Positions 51,730 to 63,999 of a DNA stretch of 64,000 bases are shown one piece after another. This DNA is from Okamejei kenojei. Taxonomy: Eukaryota. The first letter of the stretch is position 1, and every line of letters starts with the position of its first letter. The stretch is taken from positions 41,974,001 to 42,038,000 of the forward strand of contig CM069141.1 of assembly GCA_035221665.1 (NCBI GenBank). Direction: 5' to 3'. Under the pieces are notes generated by a model, which saw only the letters and a program-made list of their open reading frames with translations, did not search any database and was not told where the DNA came from. The position numbers and the translations under genes are program-made.

Positions 51730-52190
51730 TACTCAGATATAGGAAAGCATGGACTTATTAAGGATAGTCAGCATGGTTTTCTTTGTGTGAGGTCCCTTCT
51801 CACAAATTTGATACCGATCTTTTTGAGGAGCTGACAAAGATGATTGATGAGGATAGGGCAATGGATGTTGTTTACATCTAAATGGCCCTAATGAAACATT
51901 CCACAAGGTCCCTCATGGTAGGCTGATCCAAAAGATTAAGGCATATGGGATCAACAGAGACTCGGTAGAATGGATTCAAAAATAGCTTATCCATAGAAGA
52001 CAGAATGTAGTGGTGGAGGAGTGTTATTCTGACGGGAGGTGTGTGATCTGCAGTGTTCCAGAGGGGTCTGTGCTGTGAGCTCTGTTATTTGTGATATATA
52101 TAAATGATTTGGATGAAAATGTAGATAGGCTAGTTAACACATTTGCAAACAACATACAGTAACAATTGGTGGAGTTACAGAAAGTAAACA
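51730..52190 (+). mobile_element. CR1-type LINE RT fragment (degraded)
   Basis: SQHGF, KVPHGRL and YINDLDE remnants. Confidence 0.75.
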
Positions 52191-52519
52191 AAGGCAAACC
52201 TATACTTGCTCCACTCGTCTGTGTTTGGACCACATTCTACTGAACCATTTTTATAAAATGGTACAGCACAGAAACAGGACCTTTGGACAAAAATGTTTGT
52301 GCCAAACATGATGCCCAGTTAAACTGATGTCATCTGCCTGTACATGATCCATATCCCTCAATTCCCTGCACTTCCATATGCCTATCTAAAAGCCTCTTCA
52401 ATGCCGCTATCATATCTGCCTCCACCGCCTGCCCTGGCAATGCATTCCAGGTCCCAACCACTCTCTCTGTTTAAAAAAACTCGCCCTGTACATCTCCATT
52501 AAACTATACACCTCTCATC

Positions 52520-53330
52520 TATAAAGTATAAAATATAAAGTATCCTTTATTGTCATTCAAACTTGTTAGTTTGAACAAAATTACATACCTTGCAGTCATG
52601 ACAGAGAATAAAATAACAGAACACACAAAGAACACAGTTTAACATCCACCACAGTGAGTCTACTCGGTACCTCCTCACTGTGATGGAAGGCAAAAGTGTT
52701 AAAGTCCTTGTCTCTTCCTTCCTTGTTCTCCCTCTGCATTGAGGTGATCCAGGCTTTCGATGTCGGCCCCCCCGTCGGGTGATGGTAAGTCCCGCGGCCG
52801 AATCCGAGCTCCGCGAACGGGCCGGTTGAAACTCCGCGGCCCGGGGCGGACGAAGCTGCCACCCTCCAGTCCAGCAGACGAAGCTGTTGTTGCGGGAGCT
52901 CCAGAGAATTGGTCACTAACCTGGGACATGCGAGCTCTCGATGTTGTCGTCAACTGGGCCCGCGGCCGAAACCTCCGAGGCTCCGAAGTCGGGCCGCCGC
53001 CACAGCGCCACCACAGCCCCGAAGTCAACCAGCTTCTCGATGGTGAGTCCTGGCTCTGCCTCCGGAGCATCGAGGTCGGCCCCAGTTAGAGGCCGCCAGC
53101 TCCGCGATTAGGCCTCAGCGCAGACAGTGACTGAGATACGACAAACAAAAGGTTGCATCCCCCCGAAGGAAGAGACTAAAACAAGTTTCCCCCGCTCCCC
53201 ACATATACACAACTAAAAATAAACTAAGACATACGTCCAAAAAAACAAAAGAAAACAAAAAGAAGAAAAAGACAGACGGACTGCAGGCGAGCCGCAGCTG
53301 CTTGGGCAGCCTAGCCACTTCCGGAGTATT
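52520..53330 (-). mobile_element. CpG-rich unclassified repeat inserted in a minus-strand CR1 3' end
   Basis: Hairpin cacagtgag...ctcactgtg near 52650-52682 and AATAAA on the minus strand; the host CR1 occupies ~52260-52520 and resumes at ~53340-53485. Confidence 0.7.
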
Positions 53331-53489
53331 TAGCTATAGCTTATAGCTAAGCCTTCTATTCTTGGACACTTCCACCCTTGGAAAAAACGTTCTGACTGTC
53401 TACCCTATCTATGTTTTTTATAATTTTATATAATTCTATCAAGTCTCCCCTCAACTTCTGACATTCCAGAGAAATCAATCAAAGTCGAA

Positions 53490-54580
53490 AATTAGGGCAC
53501 ATGGTATTGGGGGTAGAGTGCTGACATTATAGAAAATTGGTTGACCGACAGGAACAAAGGGTAGGGATTAACGGGTCCCTTTCAGAATGGCAGGCAGTGG
53601 GGTACCGCAAGGCTCGGTGCTGGGTCCGCAGCTATTTACCAAGTACATCAATGATTTAGATGAAGGGGTTCAAAGTAGCATTAGCAAATTTGCAGATGAC
53701 ACAAAGCTGGGTGGCATTCTGAAATGTGAGGAGGATGCTATAAGAATGCAGGGTGACTTGGACAGGTTGGGTGAGTGGGCAGATGCAGTTTAATGTGGAT
53801 AAAGGTGAGGTTATCCACTTTGGTAGCAAAAACAGGAAGGTAGATTATTATCTAAATGGTGTCAAGTTGGGAAAAGGGGAGTACAACGGGATCTGGGGGT
53901 TCTTGTTCATCAGTAAATGAAAGTAAGCATGCAGGTACAGCAGGCAGTGAAGAAAGCGAATGGCATGTTGGTTTAGTAACAGGAGCAAAGAGGTCCTTCT
54001 GCAGTTGTACAGGGCCCCAGTGAGTATTTTGTGCAGTTGTACCTGGAGTATTTTGTGCATTTTGGGTCCCCTAATTTGAGGAAGGACATTCTTGCTATTG
54101 AGGGAGTGCAGCGTAGGTTTACAAGGTTAATTCCCGGGATGTCATATGCTGAGAGAATGGAGCAGCTGGGCTTGTATACTCTGGAATTTAGATGGATGAA
54201 AGGGGATCTTATTGAAACATATAAGATTTTTAAGGGTTTGGACATGCTAGAGGCAGGAAACATGTTCCCGATGTTGGGGGAGTCCAGACCTAGGGGCCAC
54301 AGTTTAAGAATAAGGGGTAAGCCATTTAGAACGGAAATGAGGAAACACTTTTTCTCACAGAGAGTTGTGAGTCTGTGGAATTCTCTGGCTTCCCGGGGGC
54401 GGTGGAGGCCGGTTCTCTGGGCTCTTAAAGATAGCGGTCAGGGGATATGGGGAAAATGCAAGAACGGGGTACTGATTGGGTACTGATTGAGGATGATCAC
54501 ATTGAATGGTGGTGCTGGCTCGAAGGGCCAAATGGCCTACTCCTGCACCTATTGTCTACTGTCTATTTTCTATTGTCTAT
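53490..54580 (+). mobile_element. CR1-type LINE 3' portion
   Basis: SGVPQGSVLGPQLF..INDLDEG..KFADDTK, EGVQRRFTRLIPG and a (ctattgt)n tail. Confidence 0.93.
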
Positions 54581-55200
54581 TCAACCATTCCCTTCATCTG
54601 AAACCCTCTAATCCAGGCAACATTCTGGTAAACCTCCTCTGCACTGTCTCCAAAGCCTCGACATCTTTCCTATAATACATGATCAGAACTGCCACAATAC
54701 TCCATATGTAGCCTAACCACGATCCTATAGAGCTAAATCATGACCACCTGATTCTTATATTGAATGCACCTAACATTGAAGGAAAGCACCCTATCTATGT
54801 GTGCTGCTATCTTCAATGAGCTATGAACTTGGACTCCGATCCCAGTGCACATCAATGCTGTTAAGGATCTTGCCATTAACTATATAGTCTCTCCTGACAT
54901 TCAACCTCCCAAAGTGCAACACCTCACACATGCTCAGGTTTGAATCCATAAGCCATTTCTGCAACAAATCTATATCCCACTGTATCTTCTCACAGCATTC
55001 ATTACTGTTTGCAACTCCTCCAATGTTGCTGTCATCAGCAAACTTACATTTAGGTCATTGATATATATCATAAACTGCAGAGGTCCCAGCTGAGATCTCT
55101 ATGGAGGTCCACTGGTGACAGACATCTAGGAAAAATATCTACCTTCCACCACAACCATTTTCTATGAATAAGCTAGTTCTGAATCCAAATCTATGTATCT
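54580..55200 (-). mobile_element. CR1-type LINE fragment
   Basis: Antisense LETVQRRFTRMLPGLEG and KFADD-like remnants. Confidence 0.75.
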
Positions 55201-56599
55201 GTCCAAATGTCGTTTATACATTCTAACTCTAACTACCTGAACTACTTCCTGCGGCAGCTCGTTCAATTTCTCAGAGGTGAATATGCAACATCCCAAGGTA
55301 TTATTTCAAAGAACAGAAATAACCTCAGTTCTTGGCCAATAATCAGTCCTTAATTAAAATCAATTTAAAAATCTACATCACAATCTATATCTCATAATCA
55401 TCACATTCTTGTCTGTAGAAACTGGCTTTCCATTTGTTGTTCAGTACTTTGAAATCTCCTGACAGTTTTAAAAATACTTGATAAAATGAATGTCCCATTT
55501 CACTTTAATCACAAATATTTCCCAACTACATTTTGCAATACTTCACCCAATTTAAATCCATGATATTTCATGTTGTTCTAATAGAAACATTAAAAGCAAT
55601 TTCAAGGCATCCTTATCCACTTTAATCAGCTGCAGTCAAATCATGCAGTCTATGGAAATAGAAATATATTGCAACAGACATTAGAAGACAACTTGTCATA
55701 GTTTGAACTTTTAGTCTGACCTTCAAATGTCGAAGCTGTGACAGAGTTTGTATCCTGTGCACCGACAGCCTCATTTGTGGTTAAAGGATTTTGTGTGGTG
55801 ATCTCTGGAAGAAGAAATAATAATTTATTGCGCTGGTGCTGGTGAAGACATGTTCTTTCTCACTCACTGCTTTGCCACATATTGTATCATTCAGCTCACA
55901 CACAGCTAACCCACTGAGTAGAATATAGAACCTGTGATTGTGGTGTTTTAGGACATTCATAGGGCCTTTCCAGATTTTCCACATTTAAAAATAATCATAA
56001 TCCATTGGATTGTACTTACTGATGTGCACTCATTATCAAAGGTAAAACAGCTTATGAGTAAACATTTTATTTTGAATTGGAAGCCTGAAGGTGGTGGGTG
56101 CAATGGGTCTGCCAGGACAGTGCAGCTGGTTGATCTCGGGGAAGCACTGGAAGTGGAACTGTGTGTGATGACGGGACTAGAAGTTGTCCAAAGAGTAAGA
56201 GGATGTAGGGGAGGCACTAAATGCTAACTTTGCATCTGTATTCATCAAGTAGAAGGACACGGAGGATAGTGGTCTATGACTTCTGAAAATGGAAACACGA
56301 GGGGAAACCGAGGCAATGAACTCCACGCAGGTGGCACTGGTCAGGATCGAACCTGAATCACTGCAGCTGTGGGTAAACTGTGCTAACAGCAACATCGTTG
56401 CGATGTCAGGAATGATACAGATATATGTAACATTGAGCTGTCTACAGTCCAAATTCACTAACACGTCTTGAAACAGTCCAAAGATCTCCACATGGCAACA
56501 AAACTAGCCAAGTCTTTGGGTATTTTTAAAGCGGAGATGCAATAACATATTATTGTGTAAATAATTATGGAAATCGGGATAAGCGTGAGAGACATTTAG

Positions 56600-57085
56600 C
56601 CGACATCAGAATTCCAAAGTGAGGAGAAATGACGGTAGATAGAAGCAAGAGCTGAAGGGACAACAACAGCCAGAGTGCTTGGCGAACAATGGCCGTTTGC
56701 TCACTGCATTTCATCAACTAAGGCATTATTTGTGTTTTATCTTGATTTCTTTGGCATCTAAAAAGTTTCAGTAGTAATAAATCTGGCTAAAATCTAAAAA
56801 TCGCCCATGGTTCTCAAGTGGGTTTTTAGAAAACGCCTCTGAAGCAAAATTTACAGCCAGATGTATCACTTCTGAGACTTTTTAGATACCAAAGGAACCA
56901 AGAAAAACCACAAAAATGCCTTACTGTTGATGAAATGCAGTGAGCAAACGCGATCATTCCCAATATTTTCAATTCCGATATCTGCACGGCCAATGTTCGC
57001 CAAGCACTTTAGCTGTTGTTGTCCCTTCAGCTCTCGCTTCTCTTTACCTTCATTTCGCTTCATTTCTGGAATTCTGAAGTTGGGT
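56600..57085. mobile_element. Fold-back THAP-domain DNA transposon remnant (copy B)
   Basis: Paralog of 1720-2220; ORF 56866-57111 contains RVCSLHF. Confidence 0.6.
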
Positions 57086-57232
57086 ACATGTCCACACAGT
57101 GCGAACTCCACACAGGTGGCACTGGCGGTTAGGATCGAACCTGGGTCACACAGCTGCGAGGAAACTCTGTCAACAGCAACATCGTTGCGACGGCAGGAAT
57201 GAAACAGAAACGTGTAACATTGAGCTACTTAC

Positions 57233-57580
57233 CATCCAAAACCAGGAGATTCAAATTCACTTTCACATCATTAAACGGTCCAGTGATCTCCACACGGCAG
57301 CAATACCAGCCGCCGTCTTCTTTCCGGAGCTGATTTATCGTGAGCGACAAGTCTCCTTGCTCAATGTTACCACCAAGCTGATATTTCTCGGATCGTGCTG
57401 AAGTTACTGTTGCTCCGTTTGTTTGAATCAGTTCAGCTCCACAGCCAAAGATCGGGCACTCTCCCCGACCCCAGCACATCGCAGTTTTACCATACTTTCG
57501 GACAGAGTAGTGGCACGGCAGAGTGATCGCCTGTCCCGGGTATCCTCGCACTGGTGATCCGGTGGCAAGGGCCACTCGAC
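57233..57580 (-). CDS. TIM/HAVCR-family receptor, IgV exon (copy B)
   Basis: 348-bp phase1-phase1 exon with canonical splice sites; LPCHYS..MCWGRGECPIFGC..GWYCCRVEITGPFND. Confidence 0.93.
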
Positions 57581-58001
57581 CTGAAACAGTCCGGGGAAAG
57601 ACAGTTGTAGCCGGCGCTGAGTGATGAGATAGGGAGTGGCCACAGTGTGACAACCCGTCCCAGCGCTGAGAAAATGAGCCCGTTACCACTGGCGGCAATT
57701 GGGAATATTGTGAAAGGGTTTCTATTTATCGGGATGTGCGTATTGCAGGCAGATCCAGTATTTACCCCCCAACCCCATTTTATCCCAGGGTAAGTGGTGG
57801 CGAGCGGCCGTCTCCAATCGTGCAATTCTGTAGCAGCTTTGACACAACCGGTCGGCTTGTGAAGCAATTTCAGAGACTGACACGGGGACATATGGGACAG
57901 GGACCGACACACATTGTGTTCCCTGAATGACTCCTGGGAAGCAAATATTTTCCTCTCTTGACATTTTGTTCACATTTCATTTCATTAGATTCCAAACTTC
58001 C

Positions 58002-58161
58002 CGGGTAGGACCGGAACAAACAATTGGTTGTTAAAGAAGGAACTGCAGATGCTGGAGAATCGAGGGTTACACAAAAAGCTGGAGAAACTCTGAGTTTCTC
58101 CAGCTTTTTGTGTAACCACCGGAACAAACAACTCGGACCACAGCTCCAGCCTTAGGTCCAT
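58002..58161 (-). pseudogene. Candidate leader exon of TIM copy B, interrupted in frame
   Basis: 108-bp insertion including the direct repeat accggaacaaacaa (58010-58023/58118-58131); expected donor reads GGAAGT instead of GTAAGT. Confidence 0.5.
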
Positions 58162-58395
58162 TTGTCCGTTAACAAACCCATTGAACTGCCAAAACCAGTG
58201 GAACAGATTCGGAGCCGAATATCCTCGATGCCGCCAGATCAGCGCCGACCTGAACTTCAACTCCAACCCCGTTAGTTCACCCCTCGACCTTCTCAACTCC
58301 AGGGGATGGAGCCCGTCCTCACGATCAGACCCGGCATCACTCGGTGACTCGGCTGTACCCCCTCGGTTACACACAGACACACACATCTCACTTAC

Positions 58396-58455
58396 CCAGG
58401 GGGTTTGAATAACACGATTGGACAAACTAATTCAATTCCTGACTCGGAAACGTAC
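58396..58455 (-). other. Candidate 5'UTR exon of TIM copy B
   Basis: cttattttag|GTACG...CTGG|gtaagt. Confidence 0.45.
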
Positions 58456-59055
58456 CTAAAATAAGAGATACTACGATCAAATGAGCCACACCGCCAGTAA
58501 CAACCATCGCGCTGGACACTGTAGTGCTGGCGTAACTCAGCGGGTCAGGCAGCATCTATGGAGAGAAGGAATAGGTGACGTTCCGGGTCGGGCCCCTTCT
58601 TCAGACTCGAATGCACTGTCTCGGCCGCTCTCTGAGCTGTTGCTGGGCCACATCCTGTCCTGTGGCTGTTGTTTCCTACTTGACGTGGACACGAGTTTGC
58701 TTCACAGTATTGTTAATGAATTGAGTAAATTGAGGCAAATCATATCAGACACTCGGTTCCTGCTCTGGCGTTACATCAATATCCAACGCGCATAAATTAC
58801 AACCTCCTTCGGCGTTGCTGTCAGTTTAAATCCTCAGATAACTGGTGACAAAATGCACCGAGCAGATCTCGTGTCTGTCCTGTGCAGTAGCAGCAGGAAG
58901 AGTGAAAATGTTGCCAAGTGCCGGACTGGCTGGGTCGCTGATCCACCTGAGTCCTGAATAGTGCCACTTTTCAATGTTTTATTTGTGAAGAGAAGGCGAT
59001 GAAATGGGGAGAAGGCGAGAGTCTCCGGGAAACTGAGATAATATTTCTAGCATTT

Positions 59056-59490
59056 TTTATAATCATACTTTATTAGCCAAGTATGTTTTGCAACATATGA
59101 GGAATTTCATTTGCCATACAGTCATACCAATAAAAAGCAACAGAACACACAAAATACATTTTAACATAAACATCCACCACAGTGACTCCTCCACATTCCT
59201 CACTGTGATGGAAGGCGAAAAAATGTTAAATCTCTTCCGCTTCTTTGTTCTCCCGCAGTCGGGGGCCTCAAGCCTACCGTTGACGGGATGATCTAGGCTC
59301 CCGTAGCCAGTGGTCGGGCCCTCCGTGTCGGGCAATCAAGCTCCTGCATCGGGGGGGGGTCTCAGCTCCCCCGCGACGGGTGATATGACTCTGGGTCGGG
59401 GCTGGTGCGAGCTCCTAGATGGTGAAATCTGCAGTTGGAGCGTCGATCGAGGCAAGGGCTTGGCTCCAATGGTAAGTCCACATCCCCGTC
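59056..59490 (-). mobile_element. CpG-rich unclassified repeat (copy B paralog of 4170-4605)
   Basis: Duplicated with the segment. Confidence 0.6.
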
Positions 59491-59624
59491 AGTTTCTATT
59501 ATCACTCCAGGCTGCACTAACGGTTTCATTCTGCACACCCTGCACAACACTGGAGTCTCTAAACTGGAATAATGTGAGCCCCAAAACTGGTTTATCCTGG
59601 GCTGGTGTTATAACCATGACATTA

Positions 59625-60282
59625 GAAATGGTAATACAAGTGGATAGAGTGGTAAAGAAGGCATATGCTATGCTTGTTTTCATAGGTTGGGACATTGAGT
59701 ATAAGAGTCAAGAGTATAAGATGTAGCTCTACAGAACTTTGGCTGGGCTGCATTTGGAGTATTGTGTGCATTTCTGGTTGTCCCCGTGGCAGGAGGGATG
59801 TGGAGACTTTGGAAAGGGTGCAGAGGAGGTTTACCAGAATGATACCTTGATCAGGGGGTATTAGCTGCTGGGAGACGTTGGACAGACTTGGATTGTTTTC
59901 TGTGCAACACTGGAGATTGCGGGCAGAGATGATAGAAGTATCGACAATTATGAGGTGTAGATTGGGTGGATGGTCAGAATCTCTATCCGAGGATGGTAAA
60001 ATCAAATACTGCAGGGCATAGTTTTAAGGTGAGAAGGACAAAGTTTAAAGGAGGTTTGCAGGGCAAGTTTTTTTACACAAAGATGGTGAGCACCTGGAAT
60101 GTGCTGCTGATGGCAATGGTTGAAGCAGATACTTTAGTGGTATTTAAGAGACTTCCGGATAGGCATATGGATATACAGGGGATGGAGGGATATGCTTTAT
60201 GTGCAAGTAGACAAGGGTTGGTCTTGGCATCATGCTTGGCTCAGATATTGTGCTGACCTGTTACATGTTTATGTTCTATGAC
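59625..60282 (+). mobile_element. CR1-type LINE 3' fragment (copy B paralog of 4740-5390)
   Basis: Duplicated with the segment. Confidence 0.85.
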
Positions 60283-60910
60283 TGATCCCTGTGCTGGGGT
60301 CAGACCCAGGTCCTCTTGGATATGGAAGTGGGTGTATCAGGTACGTGGTGCACACCACCCCCACTCCCCCACTCCCAGCCCCCCAGGCAGCTCACTGCTA
60401 AAGATTAGCTGAATATCAGATCCCCAAGTAGGGGAATCGATTGGGTGATGAACGGTAGATAGGTGAGAGGAATAAGTGGTGTGAGGTGAGTGAGAAATTG
60501 GGGAAGTAATCAAAAGTGTGAGGATTGAGATGATCCACAACGATAAGTTGAAGGAGTCCAAATAGACTGCAGAACAAAACAGTGGATTTGGTTTTGAGAG
60601 CCATTCACTTTCCTTTGATGCAAAACAACATGTCAAGCTGTGAAATGTGATGTGGGGATGATCACGGGGATCTCAATACAGAGAGCAAAGGGAGATGAAG
60701 AGGAGCTTCGGGAAAGATCAGCAGGATTCATTCACAGTTGGCAACACTTTTTTGCACATCACGTCAACAAAAATAAAACTTCTAAAACAGCAGCAGAATC
60801 ATGCTGGGTTTCCATTTGCACACTGCACTGGGTAGTGATCTGGAAGGTGACATAGGAATAGCAGCAGCTAACTCCTCACACAGTGAGAGCAGCAATGTAA
60901 CAGTGGTAGA

Positions 60911-61063
60911 TAGACACAAAAAGTTGGAGTAACTCAGCAGGACAGGCAGTATCTCTGGAGAGAAGGAATGGGTGACGTTTCGAGTCAAGACCCTTCTTCA
61001 GGCAAGTTACTCCAGCTTTTTGTGTCTATCTTCGGTTTAAACCAGCATCTTCCTACATATGTG
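60911..61063. mobile_element. Short fold-back Penelope derivative with a minus-strand hammerhead motif (60971-61003)
   Basis: Inverted ends gacacaaaaagttggagtaact / agttactccagctttttgtgtc; reverse complement CTGAAGA-agggtcttgactc-GAAAcGTC; flanked by atgtaaca(g/a)tggtaga (60895-60910/61064-61079). Confidence 0.75.
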
Positions 61064-61514
61064 ATGTAACAATGGTAGAGTGACCATGCGACAAGACCAT
61101 GGTCCCTGTAACAACGTCAAAGCAACAATTAAAGAGTAACAAGATCACACTGACAATTCTGCCACAGAGCTGTCAGTGTCAACATGAGAGCAACATTACA
61201 CCAGCTGCAGTATCATGTTGGCATCATCGACCTGATGGAGAAGTAGTTTCCCTATACCCATCCTCAGAGTTCAGTCAGAATCCATCTGGGTTGGAAAACC
61301 CATTCAGGCATGTGGAGCGGCACAACACAGAACTCTGGATATGTTGTTAAATCCAACCAAATGCCACAAAGAATACTTAAAACTTCCAGAAGAATTTTAA
61401 ATACTACAGATTGCCGTGCTCTAATGAAACCTCTGCACTCTGTACCATGCACAGCTTTAACACTAATTGCAACTCCAGACATCTCTGTCACTGTACCGGT
61501 GGTCAATTCAGTGT

Positions 61515-62277
61515 GTAGACAAAAGTGTTGGAGAAACTCAGCGGGCGGGCGAGCGAAGGAACAGGTGACGTTTCGGGTTGAGACCCTTCTTCAGACTAAT
61601 GTGGGGTGGGGGGGGGGGAGGGTGGAGGGAAGAAGAAAGGAAGAGGCGGAGCCAATAGGCTGTGGGAGAGTTGGGAAGGGGAGGGGAAGGAGGGGAAAAG
61701 CAAGGACTACCTGAAATTGGAGAAGTCAATGTTCATACCGCTGGGGTATAAACCTCTCAAGCAAAATATGAGGTGCTGTTCCTCCAATTTGCTGTGGGAC
61801 ACACTCTGGCCATGGAGGAGGCCCATGACAGAAAGGTCGGATTCGGAATGGGAGGGGGAGTTGAAGTCTGACCCACCGGAAGATCAGGCAGGTTAATGTG
61901 AACTGTGCGGAGGTGTTGGGCGAAGCGATCGCCATGCCTGCGCTTGGTCTCACCGATGTGGAACAGTTGACACCCAGAGCAGCGGATGCAATAGATGAGG
62001 TTGGAGGATGTGCAGGTAAACCTCTTCCTCACCTGGAAAGACTGTTAGGGTCCTTAGATGGAGTCAAGGGGAGAGGTAAAGCGACAAGTGTGCCATTTCC
62101 TGCGATTGCAAGGGAAAGTACCAGGGGAGGGGGTGGGAAGGGTGGGAAGGGACAAATTGACCAAGGAATTATGACAGGAACGGTCTCTGCGGAAAGCCGA
62201 AAGGGGAGGAGATGGGAAGATGTGGCCAGTGGTAGGATCCCGTTGGAGGTGGTGAAAATGGCGGAGGATTATCTGTG
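61515..62277 (-). mobile_element. Penelope-like element 3' part (GIY-YIG) with a hammerhead motif at 61564-61597
   Basis: ORF 61757-62032 RFTCTSSNLIYCIRCSGCQLFHIGETKRR; reverse complement agtCTGAAGAagggtctcaacccGAAAcGTCacc. Confidence 0.88.
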
Positions 62278-63180
62278 TAGTTCACTTGCAAGCTACTATA
62301 CAACATTAACTATTACTTACCTTTAGGTCAAGATTATTTTAGAGAGAGATCTTACCAAGAAAACCACAGGATGTTCTCCATCATAGCCTGAGGTTTCAAT
62401 CCGTCTTGCTTAAAGAACAAAACACATACTGCTGGAGGTCAGGACCATTCTTCCGACGGATGCTGTCTGACCTGCTGAGCTCCTGCAGCAGTTTGTTTTT
62501 TGCTCAATATCCAACATCTGCAGTTTCTTGAATCTCTAGCTTGAAGAAGACATTCTCATCAGCATATTCCCCGTCCCACCAGAGGATCAAATAGTCTCAA
62601 CCACTGGTGCTCCACTATTAGAGACACCTATTGCACCAACTCTTGCCCGCACTTTGGAAAAGCAGACTATCTGCATGTGTTCCTGCTTCTCACGCATAGG
62701 CAGTGACAGATGCAGATTGCTCTGGCTGAGAGGATTTTACAGAACTGGTCAGCGGAGGCAGTGGAGTGACTTCACAACTATTTGTAATTGGTAGACTGCA
62801 CTCAGCAATGGACCTGCACAAATACCATGGTTGTTACTGACTGAGTAAGGAAATATGTGGTGGAGTGCATTCTTACCAATTAAACACTCTTGACACTTGA
62901 AGATGAACAACAGGACTGCTTTATTCGTGGAAAGTTCAGGTTCATCACTATGAAGTAGTTAATTAATATTCTCCCGGATATTTACACTTGAAATATCTGT
63001 TGAAGCCACCCGTGGCCCCACTAGAATCAACTTGTTAGTTACACAATGGCTTCTTACATCGGTATCACTGTCACATTCCTGGGTTCAAAAAGAAAATCTT
63101 GTGTTTATATGAACAAACATTTCATAAGTGATAGAAGCAGAATGTGGCTAGTCGGCCCATCAAGTCTACTCTGCCATTTA

Positions 63181-63999
63181 ATAGTAAGATTAAACGAGAA
63201 CTTACCAGTTCGAAGTTTGATCGTTATTTTATGAGGAGTAACAATGAGGGATTACGTGAAGAAGCCCCGCCTGGCGCATGATCGGCATACTTCAAAGCAG
63301 TGGCATGAAAAACACAGAACATAATAGCCGGAGTAAGCTAGTAAGGCTCAACATAGATTTAGAACTACCAGATGATCATTTATTTTATGAGGGTCGGGAG
63401 TGGAGGGCACATAATCCCTCATCGTTACTCCTCATAAAATAACGATCAAACTTCAAACTGGTAAGTTCTCATTTAATCTTACTCCTTTACTTCGGAGTCA
63501 CGTGAGTGATTACGTGAAGATTTTGCAGCTCTGTGTTTTTTATGCCGTAGACTCATTCCATAGACACTCTGGCTCAATCAACACAGTAATGAGCAAATAA
63601 CACATTTTTTCCCAAACATTGCTTCAGTTTATGTGATAAGTTTTTTCATTATAAAAGAATGAAAGTAATGCCCTTTCTATTAAAAGGCAAATTTATCACC
63701 AAAATATCAATTGATAATATAATTTGATAATATAAACAAAGCAACAATTACAGAGAACCCAACACACCGTGTCCAATCCTGACACCATGACTGGTTCCTT
63801 GTTACTTTAATATTTATTTTACATCCTCCTACGGCTTTGAATCTTTGCTTGAGCGGCCCATCCTGTGCCATTCCTGTGAATGTATCTACCTCCTTAATGG
63901 AGTAATTTTCCACATCTCAATGTCTAGTTCCACTGAGTCTTAAACATGTTTTAACCATCTAGAATGTAATTATCTAGAACCATCAGTTTTTACTGATAC
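63181..63999 (-). mobile_element. 3' end of a second, diverged DIRS element running off the window
   Basis: 63181-63535 is the reverse-complement architecture of 41770-42121 (atagtaagattaaacgagaacttacca..., its inverted copy, then cttcggagtcacgtgagtg). Confidence 0.85.

Larger units (their letters stand above)
54909..63182. repeat. Segmental (tandem) duplication, copy B
   Basis: Collinear with 1-6522, apart from an extra ~1.76 kb (60864-62620) absent from copy A. Confidence 0.97.
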
